NCBI GenBank assembly: GCA_051859245.1
Contig: JBHYGA010000004.1
Location: forward strand, 544,001-608,000
Direction: 5' to 3'
DNA: 64,000 bases
Source: Gemmatimonadaceae bacterium
Lineage (GTDB): Bacteria; Gemmatimonadota; Gemmatimonadetes; Gemmatimonadales; Gemmatimonadaceae
Position 1 is the first letter of the stretch, and every line of letters starts with the position of its first letter. This document shows positions 9,673-19,229 of this stretch, one piece after another. Below the pieces are notes generated by a model, which was not told the DNA's origin, did no database searches, and was given only the letters and a program-made list of their open reading frames with translations. A program made the translations under genes and the position numbers.

Positions 9673-9706
9673 TTGTCCGAACGTATCACGCGTGATACAC
9701 TACAAT
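9673..9706 (+). promoter_or_regulatory. vapBC promoter with palindromic operator
   Basis: TTGTCC(9673)-17 bp-TACACT(9696) preceded by TGn; perfect palindrome GTATCACGCGTGATAC at 9683-9698. Confidence 0.65.
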
Positions 9707-9943
9707 ATGGATCACGTTTCTGTGCGCGAGCTTCGTAATCATGGGGGACGCGTCCTCCAGCGCGTCGCAGGAGGCGAAACGCTCACCGTGACGATGGACG
9801 GCGAGCCCATTGCCGAACTGCGGCCGGTCGCCGGACGAGCGCTGTCGGCAGCCACGCTGCTCAAGCGGTGGTCCAAGTTGCCGTTGGTGGACGCGAAGCA
9901 GTTTCGCGCCGATCTCGATCAGGTCATGGACGCCTCCCTGTGA
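9707..9943 (+). CDS. vapB: Phd/YefM-family antitoxin
   Basis: VSVRELRN..GRVL.RV.GGE...VT.DG.PIAELRP; overlaps the toxin start (GTGA). Confidence 0.9.
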   Translation: MDHVSVRELRNHGGRVLQRVAGGETLTVTMDGEPIAELRPVAGRALSAATLLKRWSKLPLVDAKQFRADLDQVMDASL

Positions 9944-10368
9944 TCGACCACGCTCGACACGCCCGAGGAATCCTCGACACCAGCACCGTCATTCTGCTCA
10001 GTCAACTGGCTGACCCGAGCGTCCTGCCGGCTGAACCGTTGATCACAGCGATCACGTTGGCGGAGCTGACGGTCGGCCCGTTGGTGGCGACATCAGATTC
10101 GGAGCGGGCCGCCCGACAGGCGCATTTGCAGCAGGCCGAATCAGACTTTGACGCACTGCCGTTCGACGCGGCCGCTGCTCGCAGCTTCGGGCGTGTGGCG
10201 GCATCGCTCAGGCAGTCCGGTCGCAAAACGGCAGCCCGATCCTATGATGCGATGATTGCCGCTACCGCGTTGTCGCACGCGTTGCCGGTGTACACGTGCA
10301 ATCCCGACGACTTTGGCGGCATTGATGGGCTTGAGGTGATTCCGGTGCCGTGGCCGATCAGAGAATGA
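9940..10368 (+). CDS. vapC: PIN-domain toxin
   Basis: ILDTS, ITLAEL, YDAMIAATA, YTCNPDDF acidic PIN residues. Confidence 0.92.
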   Translation: MIDHARHARGILDTSTVILLSQLADPSVLPAEPLITAITLAELTVGPLVATSDSERAARQAHLQQAESDFDALPFDAAAARSFGRVAASLRQSGRKTAARSYDAMIAATALSHALPVYTCNPDDFGGIDGLEVIPVPWPIRE

Positions 10369-10862
10369 CGCTCGCACAACTGTCCGTCGGATTGCTCTGC
10401 CTCTACTGGGCCGCTGCGGGAACGACGCTCGGCGTGCTCATCTTCACCGCCGCTCTCGCGGTGCGCGCCACGATCTACACGATTGTCGCTCAACCAACCG
10501 GCGGCCTGGCCGGCGCAATGGTTGCCACGATGATGATGTTCTTTTTCGCAGCCGCCATTGCAGTGCTCTTTATGCTGCCGACTGCGTTCGTTTCCACATG
10601 CGCGTTTGCGATTGGCGCACGCATGGGAGCGTTCGACGATCACTCGCGTCGCGTACTGGCGGTGACGGCGATGATCGTGGGTGGAATCGGAACTGCGCTG
10701 TTTGTGTGGTCCGCCGGCTGGGAGCTTTCGGAAGCGTCCGCGGAATCGATCGCGTTGCTCGTTGGCCTGTGGCTGACGATCGCTGCAGGGTGGGCTGGTC
10801 CAAGACTCTTTATTCGTCAGCTGCGCCTTGGCCGATTTTCCCCAATCTCAGTGAACCGGTGA
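10365..10862 (+). CDS. Hypothetical membrane protein
   Basis: About four hydrophobic segments; ATGA overlap with the vapC stop. Confidence 0.6.
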   Translation: MTLAQLSVGLLCLYWAAAGTTLGVLIFTAALAVRATIYTIVAQPTGGLAGAMVATMMMFFFAAAIAVLFMLPTAFVSTCAFAIGARMGAFDDHSRRVLAVTAMIVGGIGTALFVWSAGWELSEASAESIALLVGLWLTIAAGWAGPRLFIRQLRLGRFSPISVNR

Positions 10863-12058
10863 TCAATCCCGTCTTTACCAAACAGGTGGCACGCGTAGGC
10901 CTGCTGAGCATTGCGATGGCGTCGTGCACCCACGAGTCTGCCGACGGACGTGTCGAGCGCACGCTTGTGAATGGAGTTGTCGAGGTGAACAACCGCGCTC
11001 GACTTGGCGCCGCGGCCACGTTGCAGCTGGATGATTTGGTGTTGCGTGACGTCGGTGGCCTGAAGGAACGCGAAGACGACGAGTTCAATCACAACAACGG
11101 ATATTTATCCGGCGTTGTGCTTTCGGATGGCGGGTTCGCCGTCATCGATTGGACGCGGGTACGTGTGTTTGATTCCGCAGGGGTGCAACGTGCTGTGATC
11201 GGGCGCGAGGGCGAAGGACCCGGAGAGTTCGCTGGCATTGAGAGCATTTGCCGAGCGGCCGATGATACGCTGATCGTGATCGACCAACGTCGTGTGAGCG
11301 TGCTCGACTCGCGCGGAGGGATTGTGCGTCAGACGATGCGGCAGGATTTCCGTCTCACGGGTGATGGCTGTTTTGACGACGGCTCACTGCTCTCGCACGA
11401 CTTCGCCGCATCAGGCAACAACGACGTGCAAAATCGCGCGGTAGTGCGACAAAGCGACGACGGTCACTTGCTGGATTCGCTCGGTGTGTTTCCGAGATAC
11501 GCATTTCGCGGCGTTGCGCAGTACATCCGCTTGCATCCGCACGGAGAACATGTGTACGTGAGCGACCCGCGTACCAACGAAGTGCGCCGCTACAAAAAGG
11601 ACGGTACGCTCGACCAGATCGTGCGCATGGCAGACAAGGCACGTCGAATTGACGAACGTTCTGCCGTACGATGGCTCGGTGGTCCCGCCGCCGCGATGGG
11701 CAGTCCAAACGCTTCTGATGTGCGCAATCAGAGTGAAGCACAAATGTGGCCATTCTACCGCAACATCAAGATTGATGGCACCGGACGGTTGTGGGTTCGC
11801 GACTTTCCCGCGAACGACACCGCGCCCGATCGATGGACGATCTACGACACGCTCGGCGTATTCGCAGGCAGTCTCGACATCCCGCGCGGGCCGCCGCGCA
11901 AGATCAACAATCCGCCACCAGGAGCTCCACCATTCATGCAAGGCAGCACGCCCGAGTTGATTGACGCGTATGGTGACGTCGTGATCTTGCTCGAGCGTGA
12001 TGCCGACGGGGCGGCGCATTTTCTGTCGCGGAAAGTCAGGCCGCGCGTGTTCGAATAA
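10859..12058 (+). CDS. 6-bladed (NHL-like) beta-propeller lipoprotein
   Basis: Lipobox MASC; IGREGEGPGEF; DGTGRLWV; GTGA overlap with the upstream gene. Confidence 0.75.
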   Translation: MINPVFTKQVARVGLLSIAMASCTHESADGRVERTLVNGVVEVNNRARLGAAATLQLDDLVLRDVGGLKEREDDEFNHNNGYLSGVVLSDGGFAVIDWTRVRVFDSAGVQRAVIGREGEGPGEFAGIESICRAADDTLIVIDQRRVSVLDSRGGIVRQTMRQDFRLTGDGCFDDGSLLSHDFAASGNNDVQNRAVVRQSDDGHLLDSLGVFPRYAFRGVAQYIRLHPHGEHVYVSDPRTNEVRRYKKDGTLDQIVRMADKARRIDERSAVRWLGGPAAAMGSPNASDVRNQSEAQMWPFYRNIKIDGTGRLWVRDFPANDTAPDRWTIYDTLGVFAGSLDIPRGPPRKINNPPPGAPPFMQGSTPELIDAYGDVVILLERDADGAAHFLSRKVRPRVFE

Positions 12059-12078
12059 CGCTTGGCTATCGCGCGCAA

Positions 12079-12564
12079 CTATTCAAGCACCGCGTCACCA
12101 ATACGACCCCACGTCTGAATGCGCTCGGCCGAGACTTTGATCAACGACACATCGGGATCCTCGGGACCATTCTCGAACCACTGTTCAAGTGACGTGTGCC
12201 AGTACTTCTTTTTGAGGTCCGCATCGTCCACGATCGTGCCGCTGCCCCAAACGGAAATAAAGCTCGGACCGTCGTGATCGGAGAACGTGAGCTGCACGCG
12301 ATCGTCGCGCGAGATTTCGGCGATCTTGGTGGAACTGGTACGCGCAAAGAACCAGTTGTCGCCGTCGTACTGCACTTCTCCATTGTTCGACATCGGGCGC
12401 GTGTTCACGCCGTGCTCGCCGACGGTCTGCATCATGCAGAAATCGATCTTCGCCATGGCCTTGGCAATGTCGCTGAACTCTTTGGTCTTTTTCACGGCTG
12501 GGCCCGGTTGCGGTGATTGTGCGTCTCGCCTGACGAGCTTCTGACGAGTTGGCGCAGTGGTCAT
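12079..12564 (-). CDS. Pyridoxamine 5'-phosphate oxidase-like general stress protein
   Basis: DFCM..T, RPMS, WFF, W...LEQWF..GPEDP...LIKV; start uncertain. Confidence 0.85.
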   Translation of the reverse strand: MTTAPTRQKLVRRDAQSPQPGPAVKKTKEFSDIAKAMAKIDFCMMQTVGEHGVNTRPMSNNGEVQYDGDNWFFARTSSTKIAEISRDDRVQLTFSDHDGPSFISVWGSGTIVDDADLKKKYWHTSLEQWFENGPEDPDVSLIKVSAERIQTWGRIGDAVLE

Positions 12565-12589
12565 ACACCGGTCGCAGTATTCGTTGCAT

Positions 12590-13795
12590 CTATTGCCGTA
12601 TGCGATACCGCTCCACGTACGGCACATCCAGCTCATCCAGTCGAACGCCCCACACCTGATCGCCCGCGAATGCACGTGGATCAAATCGGCGCGGCACGGT
12701 GACGCGTGCGATAAACGCGCCGGTGCTGTCGATCACATACCAATGCGCCGCGCGCTCCTCGAACATGGGCACAAACTCCTGCACCCAGATTCTGTCGGCG
12801 TCGTCAATGCGCACGCTGCCGAAGGCGGGCAACGTGTCTGACACCACGGCGTTCGAGTCCCGCGCGAGCGTCTGCTGGCGCGCGTTGCTGCTGAGCAATG
12901 TCACTGGCATCGCCACACGCACAATTGTCGTCTTGTCACCATCGACATCGTAGCGAACGAGTTCAAAACGATCGGTCTCGCCTGCGACCACGCTGTTTTC
13001 GCCAACAACGAACACCGAACCTCGGCCCATGCTGAGTCGTCGGACTTCAATACTGTTGATCTGTCCAGACGCCGTTCTGCTCACCTTGATGATGGATTCC
13101 TGAGACCGAAACTCAGCCAGCGCTTTGCGCATTGCGCCGGCCGAGTCGAGCAGCGCGACCCGCTCCGGTCCGCGCATGACGCCGGTTGGAATTTCATTGT
13201 TGTTCGCGACGATTGTGCTGTGCGTTGCCACGAGCGTTCCGTCGCCCAGTGCACCAATCACGCGGCTGCGACTGATGCCCTCGGCCGGCTCGGCCAGTCG
13301 CACCAGTCGTGCGTACGAGCCGTCCGGTCCGAACACCATGAGCCGCCCACTGGCATCGCTCGCGAGCAGTGAGTCCGCGCCCAGCCGGCTGAACTGCGAG
13401 ATGGTGCGAATGAATTCGCCCGGTCCCTCACCACTGCGTCCGGCCGTCCAAAGGTGCGAGCCGCTCTGATCAAACGCGCGTAGCTCGAGCGCCTGCGCAT
13501 CGGCTACCACCACGGCGCCGGTGGGAAGCAGCGCGAGGCCGACTACGCGTCCAAGCACCTCCGGGCCCGTTCCGTCGATCGACCCGATCCGCACCTCGGC
13601 CGAGTCGGCGATGGTCCAGACCGGCAGCTCGGAGGGCAGCCCGGCGTGCTCCACGATCGTCACGCCCGCGCTGTCGCGGACGGTGCCGCGGGCGGAGAGG
13701 TCGGCGGTGTCGGACGCGTTCGCGCAGCCGGTGGCGTGGAGAACGGTGGCGGTCAGCAGGGCAAGCGCGCCGAGCGTTGCTGGGGTACGTGTCAT
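12590..13795 (-). CDS. 6-bladed (NHL-like) beta-propeller lipoprotein
   Basis: Lipobox ATGC; GRSGEGPGEF; C-terminal VWGVRLDELDVPYVERYRI. Confidence 0.8.
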   Translation of the reverse strand: MTRTPATLGALALLTATVLHATGCANASDTADLSARGTVRDSAGVTIVEHAGLPSELPVWTIADSAEVRIGSIDGTGPEVLGRVVGLALLPTGAVVVADAQALELRAFDQSGSHLWTAGRSGEGPGEFIRTISQFSRLGADSLLASDASGRLMVFGPDGSYARLVRLAEPAEGISRSRVIGALGDGTLVATHSTIVANNNEIPTGVMRGPERVALLDSAGAMRKALAEFRSQESIIKVSRTASGQINSIEVRRLSMGRGSVFVVGENSVVAGETDRFELVRYDVDGDKTTIVRVAMPVTLLSSNARQQTLARDSNAVVSDTLPAFGSVRIDDADRIWVQEFVPMFEERAAHWYVIDSTGAFIARVTVPRRFDPRAFAGDQVWGVRLDELDVPYVERYRIRQ

Positions 13796-13909
13796 GTGCC
13801 TGGGGAGGGGGCGGAGGCCGCTGGGTTGACGCAAGCGAGCGCGCGCGGCTGGCAACTACTGGTTATTCCGTAGGTTAGAAGTGGATGGGTGGTGCTGTCA
13901 ACCAGCGCC

Positions 13910-13955
13910 TTGCGATGTAGCACACAAATGCTACATTAATAGCACACTTGTACTA
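13910..13955 (+). promoter_or_regulatory. Antitoxin-doc promoter with tandem operators
   Basis: TTGCGA(13910)-16 bp-TACATT(13932); ATGTAGCA-N6-TGCTACAT at 13915-13936 and a weaker TAGCA-N6-TACTA copy at 13940-13955. Confidence 0.6.
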
Positions 13956-13965
13956 CGGAGCACGC

Positions 13966-14193
13966 ATGGTCCGCGAACTTACGCTGCGTCAGGTTGGGGG
14001 CTCGATCGGCGCGACAATCCCGAAGGATATGGCCGAACGGCTGCACCTCGAGGCCGGAGATCGTGTGCTGGCCATTGAAACGGATCGCGGCATTCTGCTG
14101 ACGCCGTATGATCCGGACGTCGAGGCCGGACTCGCAATCGCGGCGCACGCGGCGAAGAAGTTCCGCAACGCGCTGCGCGAACTGGCGAAGTAA
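13966..14193 (+). CDS. AbrB/MazE/SpoVT-family antitoxin
   Basis: LRQVGGSIGATIPK....L.LE.GD; ends RNALRELAK; directly upstream of doc. Confidence 0.9.
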   Translation: MVRELTLRQVGGSIGATIPKDMAERLHLEAGDRVLAIETDRGILLTPYDPDVEAGLAIAAHAAKKFRNALRELAK

Positions 14194-14196
14194 GCG

Positions 14197-14592
14197 ATGG
14201 TTCGGTGGGTTCCGCGGCTGGTCGTGGATGCCGTGCATCTGGACCACCTGCGCGAGCACGGCGGCTTGCCGGGCGTTCGCGACGAGAATGCACTGGAAGC
14301 GGCGCTTGCACGGCCGAAACAAAAGGCGCACTACGAGCCGGACGCCGACCTCGCGACACTCGCGGCCGCGTACGCGTACGCGTTCGGACTCGTGCGTGGA
14401 CATCCGTTCAACGATGGCAACAAGCGCACGGCGTTTCTTATCACGATGGTGTTTCTCGGGCTCAACGCGAAAGAGCTTGACGCAACCGAGACAGAAGTCG
14501 TTCAGGTGATGACCGCACTCGCGGCGGGTTCACTGACGGAAGCGGCGATGGCACAGTGGATTCGTGAGCGTGTTGTACGGCTCACGCTGTAG
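14197..14592 (+). CDS. doc: Doc (Fic-family) toxin
   Basis: HGGLPGVRD...LE.AL.RP and HPFNDGNKRT. Confidence 0.92.
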   Translation: MVRWVPRLVVDAVHLDHLREHGGLPGVRDENALEAALARPKQKAHYEPDADLATLAAAYAYAFGLVRGHPFNDGNKRTAFLITMVFLGLNAKELDATETEVVQVMTALAAGSLTEAAMAQWIRERVVRLTL

Positions 14593-14594
14593 CG

Positions 14595-15301
14595 TCAGGG
14601 TCGAGCGGTTCGCAGCAACCATGACTCGCCGTCTTCATTTGTCTGGAACCAGAGCACGTGTGTTGATGTGCGGTCCACGGTGCGCGGAGCGAAGCGGTCA
14701 GCGATCCCTCAGCGCGAACGTACCGTGTGCTACCCAGTACCGTTGCAACACGTTGTACCCGGGTATCGTCGCCGCTCGTGCGAAACACGCGTACGGTGTC
14801 GGTTACGACCGCGGCTTTTCCATACGTGCGACTCTCAAGCGCGAACCACACCGCACCGTCTTTGCAAGTCGCGCTCACTGGCAGGCCGAATACGGCGACG
14901 TCGGATGGAAGAGCAAGTTGTTTGACGTACTGTCCAGTCTCAGGTGAGAGCCACACGATGCGTCGCAAGTTTCGGTCGATCCACCCAGCGGCATCTGAGC
15001 AACCAAATACGGCGCCGATTGCGCTAAACTCACCCGGGCCTTCGCCGGTTCGGGCGAGCCGAGTCGCGCGACGGGTCTCCAGGTCGACCCATCCGAGATA
15101 CTGTGCGGGTCCGGAGACCAACACGAAACGCTCACCCGCGAGCGCTACGTAGCTGGGAATATCGATCTCGAGATCGGTGAGAGAGATTGAATCGGAGCGC
15201 GCGCTCACCCGCTGCGCATGCGTGCTGTCAAAAGCCGTACATACGACAAGCGTCGCGGCAAGAAGCGGCCGACCAATGCGTGCTGCTATACCAGGATGCA
15301 T
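14595..15301 (-). pseudogene. Beta-propeller protein with internal deletion and frameshift
   Basis: Signal peptide and RTGEGPGEF; after SLRAPWTA the family-type C-terminus TSTHVLWFQTNEDGESWLLRTARP* lies in another frame (14669-14595). Confidence 0.6.
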
Positions 15302-15501
15302 CGTAGCGTGGCTGGAGTCCATGAGTGCAACCTGCGCTGCTGAACAAACCTTGATTCCACGCCAAACGTCACTTCGACGTGAAATTTCATGCGCCTTCCC
15401 ACAGAGCACTGCAGAGCGGCGTGCACAGTCGCTTGTCACATATACTTGCATCCCCACGTACGCGGACTCACTTTCGCTTGACTCACTTCACTGAGGCCAC
15501 A

Positions 15502-15666
15502 ATGCATCGTGTTGTACCAGTGCTGAGGCTTGCGCTCGCAAAGGGCATCGCTGAGGGCGCCGACGGACGGATCTACGTCTACGAACACAGCACACAGGAC
15601 ATTCGCGTCACCGATGATGACGACGTGCCGCAGGTGGGCCGACTTACCATCGAGCGTGGAGGGTGA
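15502..15666 (+). pseudogene. 54-aa collapsed remnant of a beta-propeller gene
   Basis: Signal-like start, one blade (GIAEGADGRIYVYE) and the family C-terminal motif (VTDDDDVPQVGRLTI), all in frame. Confidence 0.55.
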
Positions 15667-16226
15667 ACGACACCGCCGCTCGTCGCGTGCATGTGCTCGG
15701 CGGGTCTGGATCAGGGACCTCCACGCTCGCCCGCGCGCTCGCCGCGGAACTGCAGTACGCGTGCTTTGACACCGACGACTTCTACTGGCTGCCGAGCAAT
15801 CCACCGTTTCAACAGAAGCGGAGTATCCCGGAGCGCATCGCGCGGCTCGACGCGGCGCTTTCCAATCAGAGCCGTTGGATGTTGTCGGGATCATTCGCCG
15901 GATGGGGAGACGTCTTCATCCCATATCTCACCGATGTGATCTTCCTGACGCTTGATCCGAGTGTCCGCATGGCGCGTTTGCGTGAGCGTGAAGTTACACG
16001 ATACGGTCACGCGCGCATCGCCGCTGGTGGTGAGTTGCATGACGCACACAACGCGTTCATGAAGTGGGCGGCGCTCTATGATGTTTCCGGGCACACGCAG
16101 CGCAGTCGTGAACAGCATGAGCGGTGGCTTGCACAGTTGCCAGCGCACATCAACGTGCATCGATTGAGTAGTGAGCAGTCACCGTTGATGCTGGTGCGCG
16201 CGAGCCGTCACGCGTTGTTGTTGTGA
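15663..16226 (+). CDS. Adenylate kinase-like P-loop protein
   Basis: VHVLGGSGSGTSTLA, DTDDFYW, W.LSGS..GWGD. Confidence 0.85.
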   Translation: MNDTAARRVHVLGGSGSGTSTLARALAAELQYACFDTDDFYWLPSNPPFQQKRSIPERIARLDAALSNQSRWMLSGSFAGWGDVFIPYLTDVIFLTLDPSVRMARLREREVTRYGHARIAAGGELHDAHNAFMKWAALYDVSGHTQRSREQHERWLAQLPAHINVHRLSSEQSPLMLVRASRHALLL

Positions 16227-16272
16227 CGAACGTGCTGCAGTTCGTCGCTCAGCATATTCAAGAACAATAGCT

Positions 16273-19203
16273 TCACTTCACCCGACCAAGCCCGGCGCGC
16301 GCCGCTTGCACAGCAGGCTGCACCGCGGCATCACCCGCGCCCCACTGCGCAATCACGCGCTGATACCAATAACGTGCTGTTGACCGATCGCTCATTCGTT
16401 CGGCGACCTCAGCACGCAATGCCATCGCGCGGGGAAGCGTGATTGACCCGGTGCTGGAAGGCAACGCACGATCGAGCACACGCGCCGCGTCGGCGTTGCG
16501 CTTTGCCGCCATCAGCATGGGTGCAGTGGTCAGTACGGCGCACGGTGCGTTGCCGCATGTTGCCATGGGCAGGCTCAAGAGTGTGCGTAACGCGCTTGCC
16601 GAATCTCCACGCGCGAGCGCGAGATACGCGCGCGCCAGATCACCACGATGTGCGGCGGTGGTGTTGCCGGTCGTGCGCAGTTGTGCATCCAGGGAATCCG
16701 ACGGGCCGATCATGGCGGCCACGGCAACCGTGTCGCCCGCAGCCGCCAGCAAGGGCATGGCTGCGAGCGCGGTGTTCGGATCATTGGTCAGTAGTTGCCG
16801 CGCCTCAGTGAGTACGGGTTCTGTGGGAAGCAGTCCGATGCGCGCGAGCTGTGTGCGATCTACAAAGGTAAGCGGCGCCCCCGACGCGATGTTTTTGCCT
16901 CCCTTCGCCTGCAGCATCAGCGCGTATCGCGCGAACGGCGCAGAGTCGGGCAATGCCGGATTCTGCGCGAGTCGTTGCAGCTGGATTGTGGTCACGATCT
17001 GTGACAACGGTGTGGCTTCCGGAACGTTCCCGATTTCCTGCATCACAAACGCAACGGTGCGCGCGTCAGCCGTATCAAGATGCGCACGAGCAACAGCACT
17101 GAGTGCTGGAGCGGAATCGAGCACCGTGGCCAACGTGGTGTAGTACGGTGCGAGCTGCGGCGCGAGTCGAGCCACACCACGTGCGTACCGAGCGGCGTCC
17201 CGGAAGCGGCTCAGTCGAAGCGCCAACTGATACGCGTGCAACTGCGGCACCAGCATCATCGTATCAAGTGCGATGGCGCGCTCGAAATCATTCAGCGCAA
17301 CGCTGTCCGCACGTCCACCAAATTCGCCAAAGTGATAGCCCGCGTCACCGAGCTCGAGCCACAGTTCGGCGTCACTCGGATAGCGACGTGTTGCTTCCGT
17401 AAGCGTTGCAAAGAGTGCGCTCAGCCCAGGGATGTCGTCGACGGCGTCATTCGCAGACGGTGTGCGGCGTACGACCGCGAGCCGCAAGGAGTCGCCATGC
17501 AACAACAAACTGTCACGCGGACTGCCGCCGCGACGCAAACGAATGGCGCGATCCAGTGCGGCCTGCGCCTCGGGCAATGCTTCACGACCAGTGCGGATGT
17601 ACACCGACGCCACGCCGCGCCACGCGAGCGCGAACAGCGAGTCGATGGCGACCGCCGATTCGTACGCGGCCAACGACGAGTCCGTCACGCCGCGTCGGTA
17701 GAACTGCTGCCCCTGCAAAAATGCTTTCAAGGCGGGCAACGACGACGTGCCCATGGATGCCAATCGCGTACCGCCAGCCAGTGTGCCGCTGCTGCCAAGC
17801 GCGCGCAGCAACTGGATCACCACGGAGTCCGCCAACGCATCAATGCGCGTCGCGTCGCCGCTTACGTCAACGTTGTGTTGCACCACACCGCGGGCGACGT
17901 CCACCAGTGCGACGCGAGCGCGCACCGAATCGCGGCCGACCGGATTAAGCTCGCCGAACACGACCAGTCCGGCGCCAACCGCGTTGCCGAGCGCTGTGGC
18001 CGTGGTGACATCAGCGCGCGTGGCGGATTGTGCAATGCTCGTGGACGGCGACACAGTGCGCAGTGTACCGGCGCCATCGAGACTGCGCGCGAGAATGTCA
18101 ACGAGCCCTTCGCGCCACACGCCCAAGGCGTCGTCGCGCACGGTGAAGGGCATGACGGCGAGCAATGTCGCGTCGGGCCCTGATGGCCCGTTCGGTGAAC
18201 GTGTGGCAAACCACGCGCCGCCCGCAACCACAGCCACGGCGAAGGCAGCCGCGACCAGCAGCTTGGCGCGGGAGCCCTTGCCGGCCGCAGGCGCAGCGTT
18301 CGTGTGCGAACCAGTACGGTTCTCGCTCCTGACCTGATTGGCGTTCGCGAGACGGTCGAGGATGGCGGTCGCCTGCTGCGGACGCTTGTCCGGATCTTTC
18401 TCCAGGCACTGCATCACCAGCTGCGCCAGCGGCTCCGGCACGTCGGCCCGGTGCGTCGCGATTGCCGCCGGCGCCTCGACCATGTGCGCTACCAGCTGCG
18501 CGTGTGCCGGACGGTCGCCGAATGGTGGGCGTCCGGTGAGCAACTCGTAGGCCATCGCGCCGAGCGAATAGATGTCGGCGCGATGATCCGTGTCGGGGTC
18601 GCCGGCCCCTTGTTCAGGCGCCATATAGGCCGACGTGCCGATAGACGTGCCGAGCTGCGTGAGCTGCTCGTTTGGTGCGGAACCCGAACGCGGCGCCGTG
18701 CGCGCCGAACTCATCGCTTTCGCAATACCGAAATCGGTGACGAGGGCGGCGCCGCCGGACAGCATGACGTTGTCCGGCTTGATGTCGCGATGCACCACGC
18801 CGCGACTGTGCGCGTACGCCAGTGCTCGAGACACATCGTTGAGGATCAAGAGCACATCGCTGATCGGCAGACCTTTGTGGTCGGCTACCAGATCGCGCAG
18901 CGACGATCCCTCAATGAACGGCATCAGGTAGTAGGGCAGGCCTTCCGCCGTGGCGCCGGCCGATAGCACCGGAACGATGTTCGCATGTTGCAGTGCGGCC
19001 GCAAGCGCGATTTCCCGGCCGAAGCGCTCCACCGACAGTGACTGCGCCAACTCGGGCGAGAGGAGCTTGACCACGATGTCGCGGCCAAGCGTCCCGTCGT
19101 GGGCGATGAACACGCGGCTCATGCCGCCACCGCCAAGTTCCCGGCCGAGGGTGAACGAGGCACCCAATGCCGTCTGGAGAGATTCGCGAATGAGGTCAGT
19201 CAT
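16273..19203 (-). CDS. Hanks-type Ser/Thr protein kinase with TM segment and TPR-like C-terminus
   Basis: LGGGGMSRV, VVKLL, HRDIKPDN, DFG, YMAPE; TM helix; LAVMPF segment and helical repeats. Confidence 0.92.
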   Translation of the reverse strand: MTDLIRESLQTALGASFTLGRELGGGGMSRVFIAHDGTLGRDIVVKLLSPELAQSLSVERFGREIALAAALQHANIVPVLSAGATAEGLPYYLMPFIEGSSLRDLVADHKGLPISDVLLILNDVSRALAYAHSRGVVHRDIKPDNVMLSGGAALVTDFGIAKAMSSARTAPRSGSAPNEQLTQLGTSIGTSAYMAPEQGAGDPDTDHRADIYSLGAMAYELLTGRPPFGDRPAHAQLVAHMVEAPAAIATHRADVPEPLAQLVMQCLEKDPDKRPQQATAILDRLANANQVRSENRTGSHTNAAPAAGKGSRAKLLVAAAFAVAVVAGGAWFATRSPNGPSGPDATLLAVMPFTVRDDALGVWREGLVDILARSLDGAGTLRTVSPSTSIAQSATRADVTTATALGNAVGAGLVVFGELNPVGRDSVRARVALVDVARGVVQHNVDVSGDATRIDALADSVVIQLLRALGSSGTLAGGTRLASMGTSSLPALKAFLQGQQFYRRGVTDSSLAAYESAVAIDSLFALAWRGVASVYIRTGREALPEAQAALDRAIRLRRGGSPRDSLLLHGDSLRLAVVRRTPSANDAVDDIPGLSALFATLTEATRRYPSDAELWLELGDAGYHFGEFGGRADSVALNDFERAIALDTMMLVPQLHAYQLALRLSRFRDAARYARGVARLAPQLAPYYTTLATVLDSAPALSAVARAHLDTADARTVAFVMQEIGNVPEATPLSQIVTTIQLQRLAQNPALPDSAPFARYALMLQAKGGKNIASGAPLTFVDRTQLARIGLLPTEPVLTEARQLLTNDPNTALAAMPLLAAAGDTVAVAAMIGPSDSLDAQLRTTGNTTAAHRGDLARAYLALARGDSASALRTLLSLPMATCGNAPCAVLTTAPMLMAAKRNADAARVLDRALPSSTGSITLPRAMALRAEVAERMSDRSTARYWYQRVIAQWGAGDAAVQPAVQAARAGLGRVK

Positions 19204-19229
19204 GCGCGAAAAGTAGCTGTGGGGCGCAA

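Noticed and set aside
2000..16000. Integron-like cassette array (small unrelated genes plus TA modules)
   Set aside because: Genes lie in mixed orientations, no repeated attC structure with paired R boxes was found, and there is no integrase
15663..16226. Walker A Lys-to-Thr change as a sign of inactivation
   Set aside because: To my knowledge GSGT(S/T)T variants are common in this family, so this is not evidence of decay
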